A DNA stretch of 60,932 bases from contig BAAIJX010000085.1 in the NCBI GenBank assembly GCA_054600435.1, forward strand, positions 1 to 60,932. The letters are read 5' to 3'. The stretch's first letter is position 1, and every line of letters starts with the position of its first letter. Shown here in pieces: positions 10,905-20,747 of this stretch. A program made the translations under genes and the position numbers. The notes under the pieces are model-generated. The model worked only from the letters and a program-made list of their open reading frames with translations, was not told the origin of the DNA and did not search any database. Source of the DNA: Neophaeotheca triangularis (taxonomy: Eukaryota).

Positions 10905-13298
10905 ATGGCAGCCGAACCACCCAATCCGCCGCCCACAATGGTCGCCGGCAGCAAAAAACGCATCGCCGTCATGACCTCGGGCGGCGACGCGCCAGGCATG
11001 AACGGCGCCGTCCGCGCCGTCGTCCGCCAATCGATAGCGTCCGGCTGCACGGCTTACGCCGTCTACGAAGGCTACCAGGGGCTGGTGGACGGCGGCGACA
11101 TGATCCGCGAGATGACGTGGGAGGACGTGCGCGGCTGGTTGTCCGAGGGCGGGACGCTGATTGGCACGGCGCGGTGTAAGGCTTTCATGGAGCGGGCGGG
11201 CAGGCTCACGGCCGCGGACAATATGATCGAGAAGGGGGTTGATGCGTTGGTGATTTGTGGGGGTGATGGGAGTTTGACTGGCGCGGATAAGTTTAGGGGC
11301 GAGTGGCCGAGTTTGGTTGAGGAGTTGGTGACGAGTGGACGGCGCAAGGCGGAGGAGGTGGAGAAGTTTAGGCATTTGAATGTCGTCGGCTTGGTCGGGA
11401 GTATCGATAATGATATGAGTGGGACGGATGCGACGATTGGGTGTTATAGCTCGTTGCAGAGGATATGTCAGGCGGTCGATTTTATCGATGCCACCGCTTT
11501 CTCGCATCAGCGGGCTTTTGTCATTGAGGTCATGGGCAGGCATTGTGGATGGTTGGCGCTGATGGCCGGTGTGAGTTGCGGGGCCGACTTTGTCTTTTTG
11601 CCTGAGAACCCGCCTACTGCCAACTGGGAGCAGGACATGTGCTCGGTGGTGAGGAAGCACAGGCAGCTGGGCAAAAGGAAGACGATTGTCATTGTTGCGG
11701 AGGGTGCTCACGACAGGCAGCTCAACGCCATCACCCCGAAAGCTGTCAAGGATCTTCTTTCCGACGAGGTTGGGTTGGATACCAGGGTCACCACTCTCGG
11801 TCACGTTCAGCGTGGTGGTACTGCTTGCGCTTACGACCGTATGCTGGGTACCCTCCAAGGTGTCGAAGCCGTCAAGGCCGTTCTCGAAGCCACCCCTGAC
11901 ACTCCTTCCCCCGTCATCGGTATTGTCGAGAACAAGATTGTTCGTCGGGACCTCATCAAGGCTGTGGAAGATACCAAAAAGGTCGCCGCATGCATTGAGA
12001 AGCAAGACTTTGAGGGCGCCATGGCCATGAGAGATGCCGAGTTTGACGAATACTGGCAAGCTTTCAACACCACAACCGCGACCGACAAGGAAGACATGAA
12101 ACTCCCCACGAACGAACGGAAACGCGTCGGTATCATCCACGTGGGTGCGCCCGCAGGCGGTATGAACGCCGCGACTCGCGCCGCCGTGGCCTACTGCCTA
12201 ACCCGCGGCCACACGCCCGTAGCCCTCCACAACGGTTTCCCAGGTCTCTGCCGCCACCACGACGACAAGCCCGTCGGCTCCGTCCGCGAAATCACATGGC
12301 TGGAAGCCGAAAACTGGGCTTCCAAGGGTGGCAGCGAAATCGGCACCAACCGCGCCTTACCATCCGAAGACCTCCCCACGACCGCCATGTGCTTCGAAAA
12401 GTACAACATCGACGCTCTCTGGGTCTGCGGTGGCTTCGAAGCTTTCACGGCCGTCTCTGAACTCCGCAAAGCCCGCGCCGACTACGACGCCTTCAAAATC
12501 CCCATGGTTGTCCTACCCGCCACGGTCTCCAACAACGTCCCGGGCACCGAGTACTCCATCGGCTCCGACACGTGCATCAACGCCCTAATCGATTACTGCG
12601 ACGCCATCAAGCAATCCGCCTCAGCCTCGCGCCGCCGCGCCTTCGTCGTCGAAACCCAAGGCGGCGCCAGCGGCTACATTGCCACCCTCGCCGGCCTCGC
12701 CATCGGCGCTCTCGCCGTCTACACCCCCGAAGAAGGCATTCACCTCAACATGCTCGTCGAAGACATCAAATTCCTCAAAGACCAATTCGCCAAAGACAAG
12801 GGCGCTTCCCGCAGCGGCAAAATCATCCTCCGCAACGAAAAGGCTTCCAAGACCTACTCGACCGAAATCGTCGCCAACATCATCAAAGAGGAGTCCGGCG
12901 GCAAGTTCGACTGCCGTTTCGCCGTTCCCGGACACGTGCAACAGGGTGGCACGCCCAGCCCCATGGACCGCGTCCGCGCCGTCCGCTTCGGTGTCAAGGC
13001 TATGCAGTACCTCGAAACCTTTTCCGGCAAATCCAAATCCGCCATTGCCGAAGACGAGATGTCGGCTGCCATTATTGGCGTCCGTGGCAGTCGGGTCAAG
13101 TTCTCTCCCATGGAGCGTATTGAGCGCGAAGAGACGGACTGGAAGGACCGTCGACCCAAGGACGAGTTTTGGCTGGATTTGGTCGGCGTTGTGGATACGC
13201 TTTCCGGAAGGCCGAAGGCTATGCCTAGTACTGAGTTGGGTAGCTTGGCTAGTAAGTTTGATACGCGCAGGGCTAGTGTTTTTCACGCTGCGAAGTAG
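10905..13298 (+). CDS. pfkA: ATP-dependent 6-phosphofructokinase, eukaryotic type
   Basis: 797 aa, intronless; TSGGDAPGMN, GGDGSLTGA, GSIDND, EVMGRHCG, GHVQRGG, and a duplicated regulatory half (GAPAGGMN, GHVQQGG). Confidence 0.98.
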   Translation: MAAEPPNPPPTMVAGSKKRIAVMTSGGDAPGMNGAVRAVVRQSIASGCTAYAVYEGYQGLVDGGDMIREMTWEDVRGWLSEGGTLIGTARCKAFMERAGRLTAADNMIEKGVDALVICGGDGSLTGADKFRGEWPSLVEELVTSGRRKAEEVEKFRHLNVVGLVGSIDNDMSGTDATIGCYSSLQRICQAVDFIDATAFSHQRAFVIEVMGRHCGWLALMAGVSCGADFVFLPENPPTANWEQDMCSVVRKHRQLGKRKTIVIVAEGAHDRQLNAITPKAVKDLLSDEVGLDTRVTTLGHVQRGGTACAYDRMLGTLQGVEAVKAVLEATPDTPSPVIGIVENKIVRRDLIKAVEDTKKVAACIEKQDFEGAMAMRDAEFDEYWQAFNTTTATDKEDMKLPTNERKRVGIIHVGAPAGGMNAATRAAVAYCLTRGHTPVALHNGFPGLCRHHDDKPVGSVREITWLEAENWASKGGSEIGTNRALPSEDLPTTAMCFEKYNIDALWVCGGFEAFTAVSELRKARADYDAFKIPMVVLPATVSNNVPGTEYSIGSDTCINALIDYCDAIKQSASASRRRAFVVETQGGASGYIATLAGLAIGALAVYTPEEGIHLNMLVEDIKFLKDQFAKDKGASRSGKIILRNEKASKTYSTEIVANIIKEESGGKFDCRFAVPGHVQQGGTPSPMDRVRAVRFGVKAMQYLETFSGKSKSAIAEDEMSAAIIGVRGSRVKFSPMERIEREETDWKDRRPKDEFWLDLVGVVDTLSGRPKAMPSTELGSLASKFDTRRASVFHAAK

Positions 13299-13952
13299 AG
13301 GGTATGAGGAGGGAGTTGTAGGCTCGAAGGAAGGTCGAGGGAGCTTGCTTGACTGAATGGTTGCTTTGATGGGGAGTGGGTGCATACCTACCTAAGAGAT
13401 TGGAGGACTTCATGAGAGTGCTGATTGATAACGAGGGCGTTTGAAGGGGAAGGGGGGTTTCTTATTTTGTTTTTTCTAGCGGAGTTTTGTGTGTGGGCAG
13501 CTATAAGAACATCACATATACGACCTTCCCTTTTTTTTTTGCCCTGTTTCTTGCTTCTTCTGCGATCATGTGCTCTCGGCGGGGGTTCTTTCGAAGTTGG
13601 TCCTGCTCGCGTGTTATTCGGGAGGTCAGAGGAGCGCTCGAGGAATGATCGTCTTGCGTGTTGCTCTTGACCTTGGTCTCGAGGCTTGCTGAGATTGATA
13701 TACGCCTAAAGTATCGTTCTACACCGACCTTGAGCTCCTTTCAGATGTGGAGATGTGGTCGATTCTTGAATGTCAACTTTTCTTGAACTGCTCTTGCCTC
13801 ATTGGGAAGGTGAATCTCACTTTCCATCGCCGAGGTAATTCCGGCCGACGCGTCGTCTTTCGCGTCTGCAACAACACTTCCAATCCCGCGCTCCTCTCCA
13901 CAAACCCCCGTCTCAACCACAGCCAAGCAAACCACCCACCAACCCGCCAACA

Positions 13953-14855
13953 ATGTCCTCCCCAGACGCCGAAACCCCCTGGAATAACAGCCACCGCGCC
14001 TTCCTCCAAGCCATCCTAACCCACCAAACCCTCACCTACCAAACCGGCGCGGCACTACTCTCTGCAATCCAAACCGCCGCAACCCCCGACCGTCCCACCG
14101 CCACCGGCGACATAACCCTCGAAGACTTCACCAACACCATCGCGCAGCTAAACGAGCAACTCACGACGCTCGATTTCGAAATCCGCGCGACGACACACCA
14201 GCAGAGCAAAGAGCAAGTCTGGTGTCTGATCAACACGAGCGGCGACGGCATAGCGCAATTGGCGACGGGGTTCGGGGCAGAGGAGTTGGCGTTTGTCAAG
14301 CGCGTGCTGGATTTGATGTTTGAGCGGTACAACACACGCGCGGCGGAAGTGATGGCGGTGACGAGTATGCAGGCGTTGAAGGTTGCGAGACCTAGGGAGA
14401 GTTTGGGGGCTGGGAGGACGCAGGCTGCGGTGGCGACGAATGGGGTCACGATACGTGAGGCGGAGAGGGTTCTTGAGGGTTTGAGGGAGGAGGGGTGGTT
14501 GGAGTTGAGTGAGGCGGGGTTTTTTTCGCTGAGTCCGAGGGCTTTGATGGAGTTGAGGGGCTGGTTGGTGGAGACTTACAATGGGGTTGAGGTTGATGAG
14601 GAGGGGGAGGAGGAGGAGGTCGTGAAGCGGATTAGGCATTGTAAGGCTTGTGGGAATATCGTCACGGTCGGGCAGCGGTGTCCGGATTTGGACTGTGAGG
14701 GGAGATTGCATGTGGGTGCGAATGGGTGTGCGGGCAAGGTTTGGCGGGCGCAGAATGGGAGGCAGAAGTGTCCGGTTTGTGATAGGGATTGGGTTAATCC
14801 GTTGCCGGTTGGGGAGGAGGCTGCGAGGGGGAGGAGAAATACGGGAGGTGATTGA
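13953..14855 (+). CDS. nse1: Smc5/6 complex non-SMC element 1 (winged helix + RING-like)
   Basis: HRAFLQA N-terminus, LDFEIR, LSPRALMEL.WL, C-terminal CKAC..CPDLDC..H..C..CPVC. Confidence 0.88.
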   Translation: MSSPDAETPWNNSHRAFLQAILTHQTLTYQTGAALLSAIQTAATPDRPTATGDITLEDFTNTIAQLNEQLTTLDFEIRATTHQQSKEQVWCLINTSGDGIAQLATGFGAEELAFVKRVLDLMFERYNTRAAEVMAVTSMQALKVARPRESLGAGRTQAAVATNGVTIREAERVLEGLREEGWLELSEAGFFSLSPRALMELRGWLVETYNGVEVDEEGEEEEVVKRIRHCKACGNIVTVGQRCPDLDCEGRLHVGANGCAGKVWRAQNGRQKCPVCDRDWVNPLPVGEEAARGRRNTGGD

Positions 14856-15608
14856 GATTGACGGCCGAAGGTTGTGCAGATTGAAAACTGCCTTCTTCGC
14901 AAGTTTCGCGGGTGTCTCGACAACCCAGGGTCAAAGGGTACAGGGGTTGATTGAGAGACATCAGCGCTGATTGAGAAGCGCCGACTGTGGCTTGATTGTG
15001 TAGGCGTGGTGGGACAGCAATTGGGGCTTCCGACAAGCATGGTCGTAAGGATCTGGGTTACGGCGAAGACGACGATGTCTAGTACGCTTGAACTATCTGG
15101 CTAGGGCGTTTCGGGAGCTTCAAGAAAGATACCCTTGTTGGGCTTGGAATGGGAGTATGGGAGGGGAAGCGCGAATAGCGCATAGGTTCTGCAAGAGAGT
15201 CACTTTGCTGTTGTTGTTTCGCCTTGACTTCCTGATTGGTAGGCATTCTGTCGCCGCCACTAAGCATTCCTAGAATCTATAGCCGTCGTGGGAGCTACGA
15301 GGTGGCGGTGTTGTATCTTATCTCAGAAATGGCATCAGATAAGATGGTAGCGCAACCCCACGTGTCCGCCCCCACTCGAGCTAGGTGTAGCCTACATGTG
15401 ACGTCGCCCAGCTTCCGCCCGAGCCTCGACCTTCAACTAGCACAACTGCCTGGCAACTCAGCTACCTGGACATCTCGACCACCGACAAGGCTCTTTCTTC
15501 CACGACGACCACGACGACTTCCACGCCTCAGCACAGCCAACTTGGACCCTCTGCTCCTCTCGCGCACACCACCACCACCACCACGAAACCGCTCAATCCA
15601 AGCCCAAA

Positions 15609-16403
15609 ATGTCCGGCCTAGAAAAAGCCCTCTTCAATCTCAAAGTACATCACCCCCGACCCCATGCCACCTACGAACCCATCTAACCCCCCCTCTCTGT
15701 CTCTAGTTCACCGCGAAACAACTCAACCGGCAAGCAGCTAAAGCCGGCAAAGACGAGCAAACGGAAAAAGCGCGGCTAAAAAAGGAGCTGGCAGCCGGCC
15801 ACCACGACATTGCGAAAATCTACGCGCAGAATTCCATCCGCAAAAGCAACGAGAAGTTGAACCTGTTGCGCTTGGCGAGTAGGATTGATGCCGTGAGCAG
15901 TCGCGTGCAGACGGCGGTTACGATGCGGCAGGTTACTGGAAGCATGACCAATGTCGTTAAGGGGATGGATCAGGCTATGCGGGGAATGGATTTGGAGAAG
16001 GTTGGTTCTTTTCCCTTTACTCTTTTAATTCCGGGAGTACTATTTACTGGTTATGGAGATGGGGGTGTGGGCTGGGACGGGCTATCAAATCAAAGGCGCA
16101 AACCTTGACTAACCAATCCCTGGCTTGTAGATCTCCGCCGTCATGGACCGTTTCGAGACGCAGTTTGAGGATCTCGATGTCGCTACGGGGTATTATGAGA
16201 ATGCCACTTCTTCGGCGACGGCGACCGGGCAGCCGCAGGATGAGGTCGATCGGCTGATGCAGCAGACGGCGGATGAGGCAGGGCTGGATAAGAGTCAGGC
16301 GTTGGCTGAGGCTGGGGCGGCTAAGGGTGAGCCTGCTAAGGAGCAGGTTGAGGAGGCTAGGGAGGATAGGCTTGGGGAGCGGCTGAGGGCCCTGAGGAGT
16401 TGA
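15609..16403 (+). CDS. did2: ESCRT-III associated Did2/Vps46 (CHMP1), 3 exons
   Basis: Exons 15609-15644, 15707-16000, 16131-16403 give MSGLEKALFNLKFTAKQL...RIDAVSSRVQTAVTM...MDRFETQFEDLDV...ERLRALRS. Confidence 0.93.
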
Positions 16404-17254
16404 GTAGACGGCGAGATTGGAGAGGGAAATTAGTAGGAGTTGAGGGGGTCGATTGAGGATGTTGCGCGGTCTTGGATGGGTACGTGGAAGATGGAATGGG
16501 CAATAAAGAGCTTGGTGATATGTGCATAACGGAGTGGTGTTGGGAGGCTAGGCTGGGACGGACTTTGCGAGCAGGGTGCACGGCGTTGGTCTTTGGAGTT
16601 TCACATCTCGGAGTCAGTGGTTCTGACGCTCCGAAGGTGGCTGTCGACTTGTCTGCTGCGTGCGCTTCGAGGCAGAGCTAGTGTCCCTATGGATGGTATA
16701 CCTTACGATTTCAACCGAGTATCGAGCAAGTTATCTGGACGACCGAACCAACTAAGAAATCAGGTACGCTTCAAGCTCGCATTACTGTCGAGAAGTTGCC
16801 GTTGCTTTGCTTTCCGTCGCATCTGTGAAATTCGATCCACGCACGTGATGAATCGGCCCTGAATGATTTGAACGAAACGTTGGACTGGCGACAAAAGGAC
16901 GCCTACAGTAGGTTCCTAGGTAGGCTTTCTGTTTTTCGAGCACGTGATCAAAGCAGTGGCCTCGGATGAACACACTTTGTCACTTGCAGACTTGATTTAG
17001 ACTTTGACCTACTAGTACTACCTTATGCTTATCTACCCAGATGCACAGCCACAAGACGCCTCAGACTCGACCTCGGGAAGGTTGAATAGGAAGTCGACAT
17101 GATGCGTGTTGGCAACTGCTGTGCTGGTCGTTGCCCGCCACTTCAATGCCCGCCTTTCGCTTGACATCACCTCATCTCTGGCCGAAGGAGCACCAAATCA
17201 AACAGGTTTTTGATAACCAGCACGAGATCGAGGTCGACATGATATTATGCCAAG

Positions 17255-20110
17255 ATGCGTAAGTCAAGACCTCCTTTCCTCAAATACTCGTACCTGATAC
17301 AGCACGTGCATAAGGTACGGGTATGGATGGAATTGGTAAACTATCTAAGCACCGCCCGACGCCACCTGGGCGCTCTTTTGGTCATCATCGGCAAGGTTTA
17401 AGCTCCACCCAAGCAGTCCACCTCTCCGCCTTGACAACGCTTCGCCCCTCTTGGTCTCCTCTTATTAACCCAACCCCAGCTTGCAGCTCTCTTAACTTAG
17501 ATCATCACTCTTCGTCCTTTCTTTGTCCACGTTACAACTTCACCGTCAACACTGATGAAAAACCCTTCTAACTTCTTGTCCAATTCAGACCGTTATCGAG
17601 CATACGCTAGAGAGACCGCACGAAACCAAACCAGCGACAAGAACGAACGAGCCATTCTTCCCAAAAACAACAGAAGTTCTATCAACAGCAAATCTGGCGA
17701 GTTAGACGAGAAACATGAGGCGCGCGAACGCTCCTCACGTGCCTCGAAGCGTCGACATGAAGATGCACCCAACCCTCAACTCGACGGCAATACCGGAGAT
17801 GAACGAGACCACATCAGCAGCGTTGCGACATCCACACACAACAACTCTGTTGATGCAACAACCCCAGTCCAGCCCCCTCCAGCTCCACCTCCGCTCAAAT
17901 CCCAGTATGAAGGCTCTGGAAATACCACCCTAGAACCTAGCGATGCTCCGGACAAACCTACCATGATTAATCGCATGAAAGCGGGTAGCATCCGTTTTGC
18001 TGGACACACCAAAGACGCCATCTTCCACAGCTGGGTCAACGTGCTCCTCATCTTCGTCCCCATCGGCATCATCGTGCAAGCCATCGGCCTGAGCCCGACA
18101 ATCGTCTTCGCAATGAACGCCATCGCCATCATCCCCTTAGCCGGACTCCTCGCTCACGCTACCGAGAGTGCTGCTAGCCGTCTCGGCGATAGTCTGGGAG
18201 CTTTGCTGAATGTCACTTTTGGCAATGCGGTGGAACTGATCATTTTCATCATCGCTTTGGTCAAAAATGAGATTCGCATCGTTCAGGCTTCTCTATTGGG
18301 GTCGATCTTGGCGAATTTGCTACTCATTCTGGGTATGGCCTTTTTGCTCGGTGGGCTCAGGTATCGCGAGCAGATTTACAACAGTACTGTCACCCAGATG
18401 AGTGCTTGTTTACTCAGTTTGAGTGTCATGAGTCTATTGCTTCCAGTAAGTCTTGTGGGATGCATGATGCTGGCATGTTGACAGACTGAACTAACTATTA
18501 GCTCCTAGACTGCCTTCCATGCCTCCTTCAACGCCGACTCGGTCGTAGACGCCAACAACTCCGTCCTCAAGGTCAGCCGAGGGACGAGTGTCGTCTTGCT
18601 ATTCGTCTACCTTTTGTACTTGCTCTTCCAGCTGAAATCTCACGCCTACATGTACGAAAGCACACCACAGGAGATTATCGACGAGGAATCTCATCCCGGT
18701 GTCCTGGCAAACATGCTGGACAGTTCTAGCTCGTCAGATAGTTCCAGCTCTTCCGATAGTAGCGACACGGATGCCTCGGGCTCGATCAACAACGCCGGCA
18801 GACGCCTGAAACGGGTCTGGAAGCATCGCAAGCGTAGAAAGTCGAGTGCCAGTAGCACTGTTGTACCTTCTGTTGTCAGCGCACCATCAATGGAAGAGTG
18901 CAACAGTCACCGGGACCCGGCTTCTAGGTCGTCGTCTCTACAAGAAGAGGGTCCGCGCACAACTACAAGCCACGATGATGATGAGGCCGACAATGAAGGG
19001 GTCGGTGGAAATCGCCCTCGTGTTCGTGATTTCGGAGGGTCGACAAACGATCGCTCTGGTTCGCCGGCCACGCAGACACGTCGTAAGAAGAAGTACTGCA
19101 AGAAGTGCAAGAGACATCACAAGAGGCATGACCACGACGGGCGGCCCCAAGATACACCGAACGGCAAGCTGCCAGCCCGCGCCCACGAAACACCCAGAGT
19201 TGGTTTCGCGGATGATGTTGAGGTCGCCGACTCCCGAGCCTCCCCGGAGCACGACTTCTCCCCTGCCAAGCGAGCGTTCAATATGCGCCAGCTATCGTCG
19301 CGGACATCGTTCCGTCCAGCATTGCCGAAGATGCTATCACAGACCGTCTTCACGCAGCCATCCCCTCACGCCACGCCTGCCACGCAATCAGCCGCCCCAT
19401 CCTTTCGCTCCCGCAGTTCCGGCCGCGGCCTCCGTCGTACTAGCTCCCTCCCAGACCGCCTAGACCGACAAAACACCCCGATCCCGACAACCACCACTAC
19501 CGACCCCATCCCGCCCTACCAAAATCACACCCACCCGGAGGCCTCTGACACTCCCTCCACGCCCTCAGGCCCTTCAGCCAAACCCCCCATGTCCCGCACA
19601 GCCGCCGTAGTCCTCCTTCTCGCCTCTACGGCCCTCGTAGCCGTCTGCGCCGAATTCATGGTCGACGCCATCCCAGCCATGATCGCCAGCACGCCCTCAG
19701 TCTCCGAAACCTTCATCGGCCTAATCATCCTCCCCATCGTCGGCAACGCGGCAGAACACGTAACCGCTGTCGTAGTCGCGACAAAAAACAAAATGGACCT
19801 CGCCATCGGCGTCGCGGTAGGCAGCTCGATACAAATCGCCCTCTTCGTGACACCTCTGGTCGTGTTGCTGGGTTGGGCGATGGAGAGGGATATGGGCCTG
19901 CATTTCAATCTTTTCGAAACTGTGGCGCTTTTTGTGGCGGTGTTTGTCGTTAACTTTTTGGTGCTGGATGGGAGGAGTAACTGGTTGGAAGGGGCGTTGC
20001 TTTGTGCTGCCTATATTATCATTGGGGTTGGGGCGTTTTTTTACCCGGCCGTTGAGAGGCAGAGTGAGGTTGGAGGTGGGATTGGGGGTGGGGGCGAGGC
20101 CATGGCTTGA
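17255..20110 (+). CDS. Vacuolar Ca2+/H+ exchanger (CaCA/CAX family) with long cytosolic loop, 3 coding exons
   Basis: Exons 17255-17258 (ATGC), 17589-18445, 18509-20110. Alpha-repeat motifs GNAVE and GNAAEH, plus KNKMDLAIGVAVGSSIQIALFV. Confidence 0.9.
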
Positions 20111-20747
20111 CTGTGAGCATGACTTGCTGGGTGCGTGTGGTGGTAGAGGGGACAGCGTGAACGTGCCTTACTGAGTAAGTGAAGGGGCGTGATGGGGGAG
20201 GGTTAGTTGTGGATTTGAGGTGGGGCTGGTTTATTGCTTTGAATGAGTTTGGCGGGACTGCTTATTGTACAATTGCTGCATGTGGGACTTTCTCTTAGCA
20301 CCGCGTCCTTACCGAAGTAATGCATTGGCATGTTGAATTCTGACCTTCTCAGTTTCGTGCGTGTTATTGATAGATTAGATCAGATCACATTGCATTCCTT
20401 CACCTTCCTCTGCCTCCCATACGGCTTTCCTCGAGGGGCCATTTTTTTATTATGACTTTTGTTGTCTTGCCTTGTAGCATTTTGATTGAATGTAGAAACG
20501 TGAGGGGAAGTTGACTGATAGAATGTTACAAGTGCGCATGCTCGATTGTGAATGTTCGAGTATCTTTGTAGCGTATAAAGAGGTCGTTTCTAGTCGGAAG
20601 GAAAGTTCGCCGTCTCGGATAAGCATTGACCCAGGTCTGGTCATGTCTTGGCAAAACTAGGTAGCTCGGACGACATCGATCCAACTTCCATCTTCAACTC
20701 AAACCAATGTAGCTCTCTTGAATAGCACCCAGCACCTACTCCCCTGT

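Noticed and set aside
10866..12140. 424-aa antisense ORF over pfkA, and similar long shadow ORFs over the esterase, rtf2 and rds1-like genes
   Set aside because: Explained by codon bias on the opposite strand of well-supported genes; no motifs.
13296..13330. Stop-codon readthrough giving a cryptic PTS1 on PFK or the sugar-acid enzymes
   Set aside because: Stop contexts are not TGA-CTA and no in-frame SKL-like end was seen.
13685..13740. TPP riboswitch-like CTGAGAT..ATAC
   Set aside because: Downstream conserved CTTGAT..GATAAT..AGCG core is absent, and no thiamine gene is adjacent.
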